From the NCBI GenBank assembly GCA_002269645.1, contig NIVC01000639.1, positions 166,972 to 230,971 on the forward strand: DNA of 64,000 bases, in the 5' to 3' direction. Position 1 is the first letter of the stretch. Each line of letters begins with the position of its first letter. A model generated the notes under the pieces. It was not told where the DNA came from. It made no database searches and saw only the letters and a list, made by a program, of their open reading frames with translations. The translations under genes and the position numbers were made by a program. Source of the stretch: Macrostomum lignano. Lineage: Eukaryota. Shown here piece after piece: positions 60,602 through 64,000 of this stretch.

Positions 60602-62459
60602 TCAAACCCGCTGGCACCAGCTGTCCAGCAGCGCGAACTCGGACTGGTTGAGCACTCGAGTGCTCAGACAGAAGCAGGAGATGCTGCCCTGGATGGAGTA
60701 TCCGCTGACAGGGAAGCCCCCAAGCTGCAGGCATTGGAAATTCGCAGTGCTGAGGTCGGACTTCGAGTTTGTTTTATCCAGACTGGCAGCGCGGCTGCTC
60801 CCGTTGAAGAAGAAGCTAACGGCCCGGTCCGTGTCGTAGGAGACCCCGATAGAGACCAGGGCGACCGAGCTGCTCTTGTTGTACACGGTGCCGGAATTGT
60901 AGCGGTAGGATTTTTCGTCAGCGGGCCAGTACACCTCATGCCAGATTTCTCCTTCGTGAGTGTACAAGTCATGAGCCACGGATGTCCAGGATGTCCCGGT
61001 GCAGTGCCGGAATGCTGCGTAGGTGCCGCTGCAATTAAAAGAGGGTTTGGAACTCTCAGCCCCATTCGCACAAAGGTCTCACTGCGGTGCACAGGATCTG
61101 GGACTCTCAGCCCCATTCGCACAAAGGTCTCACTGCGGTGCACAGGATCTGGGACTCTCAGCCCCATTCGCACAAAGGTCTCACTGCGGTGCACAGGATC
61201 TGGGACTCTCAGCCCCATTCGCACAAAGGTCTCACTGCGGTGCACAGGATCTGGGACTCTCAGCCCCATTCGCACAAAGGTCTCACTGCGGTGCACAGGA
61301 TCTGGGACTCTCAGCCCCATTCGCACAAAGGTCTCACTGCGGTGCACAGGATCTGGGACTCTCAGCCCCATTCGCACAAAGGTCTCACTGCGGTGCACAG
61401 GATCTGGGACTCTCAGCCCCATTCGCACAAAGGTCTCACTGCGGTGCACAGGATCTGGACTCTCAGCCCCATTCGCACAAAGGTCTCACTGCGGTGCACA
61501 GGATCTGGGACTCTCAGCCCCATTCGCACAAAGGTCTCACTGCGGTGCACAGGATCTGGGACTCTCAGCCCCATTCGCACAAAGGTCTCACTGCGGTGCA
61601 CAGGATCTGGGACTCTCAGCCCCATTCGCACAAAGGTCTCACTGCGGTGCACAGGATCTGGGACTCTCAGCCCCATTCGCACAAAGGTCTCACTGCGGTG
61701 CACAGGATCTGGAACTCTCAGCCCTATTTGAACAAAGGTCTCACTGCGGTGCACAATGACTCAGCAAGAACCGAGCTCTGCTCGAACTTTCATTGCCTCA
61801 GAGGCGACTCACTCGATGTCCAGCGGGTGCTTGGCCCGGACGAAGAAGGAGAACTTGTTGCCCTTGTTGACCACCGTCTCGTAGCGGGCGTCTCCGCCAT
61901 CAGGAAGGAGTCCGGGCTCTGCACAAAGTGCGCACCAGAGGCGTTCACCACCGTGGCGTTGCCGCTCCTCAGCCGGTGCTGGCACGGGTCGGCGACGTTC
62001 TCGAGGCCGTGGCTGGCGAACCTGTAGAGCAGCTTGAGGCCGAGTTGGCCCACAATGGGGTGCACGGAGGACTGCTCTGGAGTGGGTGGGTGGTCAGGGG
62101 GATTTGCAAGCATTCGGAAGGAACAGAGGAAATACAGCACCGGACTTCCGGCTCACGGAAGCTACCTGCGCTGTAGGAGTCGCAAGGTCCGTCGCTCCAC
62201 AGCGCCAGTCCCTCACAGGTGGAGTTGCCATGGAAACAGAGACCGGCTGTCCGGTTGAAGTGGAACAGGTCGCAGTCCGGCCTGCTGCTGCACGCAGCGC
62301 CGCAGCGAATCTTCGACTTCTCGGCTCGGGCGGGCAGCGCGGAGAGCCGCGGGCACAGGGCGGTCGCTTTGAACTGCCGGCTGGTGGAGAGGCCGGGCAG
62401 CCCCGCAGCAGCTGCAGGAGGACGGCGCAGCAGAGGAGGAGCTCGCGGTCGGGGCTCAT
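60602..62459 (-). pseudogene. PAN + LamG-like secreted protein, copy B; two 1-nt deletions (pseudogene or consensus error)
   Basis: Exons 62459-62166, 62076-61813 and 61028-60602 are homologous to copy A. A single G is missing at 62395-62397 (GGG versus GGGG in A) and a single C at 61885 (C versus CC in A). Confidence 0.72.
61049..61757. repeat. 51-bp minisatellite filling intron 2 of copy B
   Basis: Unit GGACTCTCAGCCCCATTCGCACAAAGGTCTCACTGCGGTGCACAGGATCTG, about 14 near-identical copies. Confidence 0.96.
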
Positions 62460-63270
62460 GGCTGCGGGCGGCGGGCGGAGCGGCGAGTCTGCAGGCCTTT
62501 AAATCGGCTGCCGCCCAGCCAGTCAGCGCAGGATTTGCTTGAGGCCCGCCAACAGAAACTCTTCTGTGAGAGAAAAATTTTTTTGAATGGAAAATTTTCA
62601 ATGGCAGTCAGGCAAACAGTTGCTAAGGAAAATGGGACTGCTCGAGCTTCAGTTTTCTACGAAGTAGAAGAGAATTGGACACCTGTGGTATTGGTAATTT
62701 GACAGAAAGCCCCTTGAGATGGCTTTACTTGTTCAAACAGTTGACTTTGAAAAGTGAAAAAGTGTGGGTTCAAACAAATATGTGGCAAATCACCAGTCTA
62801 GGAGAGGTTGCGTCTCAAAATTGGCTTGGCTTCAGAGCAACAGATACTACTAGGTAACCTGGCCTAAGCCCAATGCGACGGCTCCTACAAGTTGAGTAAA
62901 TTGTTCTGAGCTGGATTGGAGACTCATCTCGGAAGCGAGACGGGTGGCTTCTCAAACCTGACCTTGGCGCCCGTCAAGAAAGCATCACAGACAGGTCGTG
63001 GTCCGCATCAGTTTAAGCTGGATGACTTCTTAAGTAGAAGGCGCAGATCTTGTGACAGCCGATTCTCAAAGAGTTTCTAAGTATTGCCAATGTTGAAGGC
63101 TCAGTATTATCCGTCCTGCCTTGCTGCTTGACTGGAAACTTTTTTCCAGAGTGGCAGCTTGTTGAACTGAGGTGACCCGGCCATACCTTGAGAATGTTTC
63201 TATGCATCCTCCAACTCTCTATCTGACTTCTGTTACTATTCTAGTGTTTCACAAAACCAGTTAAACCTTA

Positions 63271-63328
63271 GGACTGAACAGCGTACGCAGATGCGCCGCG
63301 CAATAGCTGCGGCTGAGCTGTCGGTTGT
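63271..63328 (+). mobile_element. 3' fragment of the SINE family seen at 26050-26312
   Basis: GGACTGAACAGC..GTACGCAG..ATGCGCC...AGCTGCG..TGAGCTGTCGGTTG is shared with about 26205-26270. Confidence 0.6.
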
Positions 63329-64000
63329 TGCTGTTACGTCCGGCTTCCGTAATCCAGCCGAAGTTTTTTATTCTTTAGCTCGTAGCAGGCGCTCAGGCGT
63401 TTTCTTCTCTTTTTATTGCAATCGTTACTCTCTGAGTAAGGTGTGTTAGACGCGCCGGGGGGTGCGCTGTACATGCCTCTGTACTCTGGCCGGGTTGAGC
63501 GTGGGATGTTGGTCGCGCCGCCCGGCTTGTCTCCGCCGCCATTTCTCAATTTTTTGCTCAGCCACCGACATTGAGTGCCAGCCCCAAAGCGACTCAACGT
63601 GCGCCAACTCAAGGCTGAGCTGCGAAACAGAGGCCTGCCTACCACGGGCCGCAAAACAACGGCTCGCAAGCGTTGTCTACTGCACTCGGCTTAGAGCAAG
63701 CTGACGAAGCTTCAACAACTCCGAGATGACTTCTTCTGCTCCGGACGCCGAGGCCGGCATCGGCCAGCGCGGGCGAGGCGCCTCCGGGGGCGGGAGCGAC
63801 CGGCTGGCGGCCGCTGCGGCAGAAGGCGGAGCTGCTCGAACTGCAAGTCCTGGAGGCCGTGGTCGGGATCTTCAGCAACGGCTTCACACTCAGCAGCGCT
63901 TGACGGCTCAGCTCCAGCCAGCATAATCATCAGGTGAGCAAAACGCACATACGCTCTACCAGTCTGCAGTTGCCCGAGGTTTTTGAATCTGGGATGAGGG

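Noticed and set aside
60398-62027. Repetitive ORFs of 214-453 aa across the 51-bp array
   Set aside because: The unit length is a multiple of 3 with no stops; they are intronic and antisense to the PAN-LamG gene.

Overview
Eukaryotic (metazoan) genomic DNA: GC-rich exons, GT-AG introns and more than 25 unrelated minisatellite arrays. This pattern would fit a flatworm such as Macrostomum, but that is inference only. Genes: two intronless EGFR-family receptor kinases in head-to-head orientation, a 3-exon acyl-protein thioesterase (LYPLA1/2), a 7-exon ANKRD13C-like gene, a REV7/MAD2L2-like HORMA gene with a 1-nt frameshift, and a tandem pair of secreted PAN + LamG/ConA-like genes (second copy frameshifted). 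Mobile DNA: a complete 3,457-bp Transib/RAG1-like DDE transposon (CAC...GTG ends, 226-bp TIRs, 5-bp TSD, intact ORF), a complete 4.6-kb hAT element, two hAT-type MITEs with 8-bp TSDs, a CORE-SINE, and Chapaev and LINE relics. Two things stand out. (1) The two EGFRs share a near-identical 1,342-bp inverted block (Cys-rich domain IV, TM, kinase), while their ligand-binding ectodomains and C-terminal tails are strongly diverged. A crossover in this block would invert the 14.3-kb interval and swap tails between ectodomains in frame. (2) The RAG1-like transposon has heptamer/23-bp spacer/A-rich ends reminiscent of recombination signal sequences. Everything was read by eye; no alignments or database searches were run, and repeat-array boundaries are approximate.
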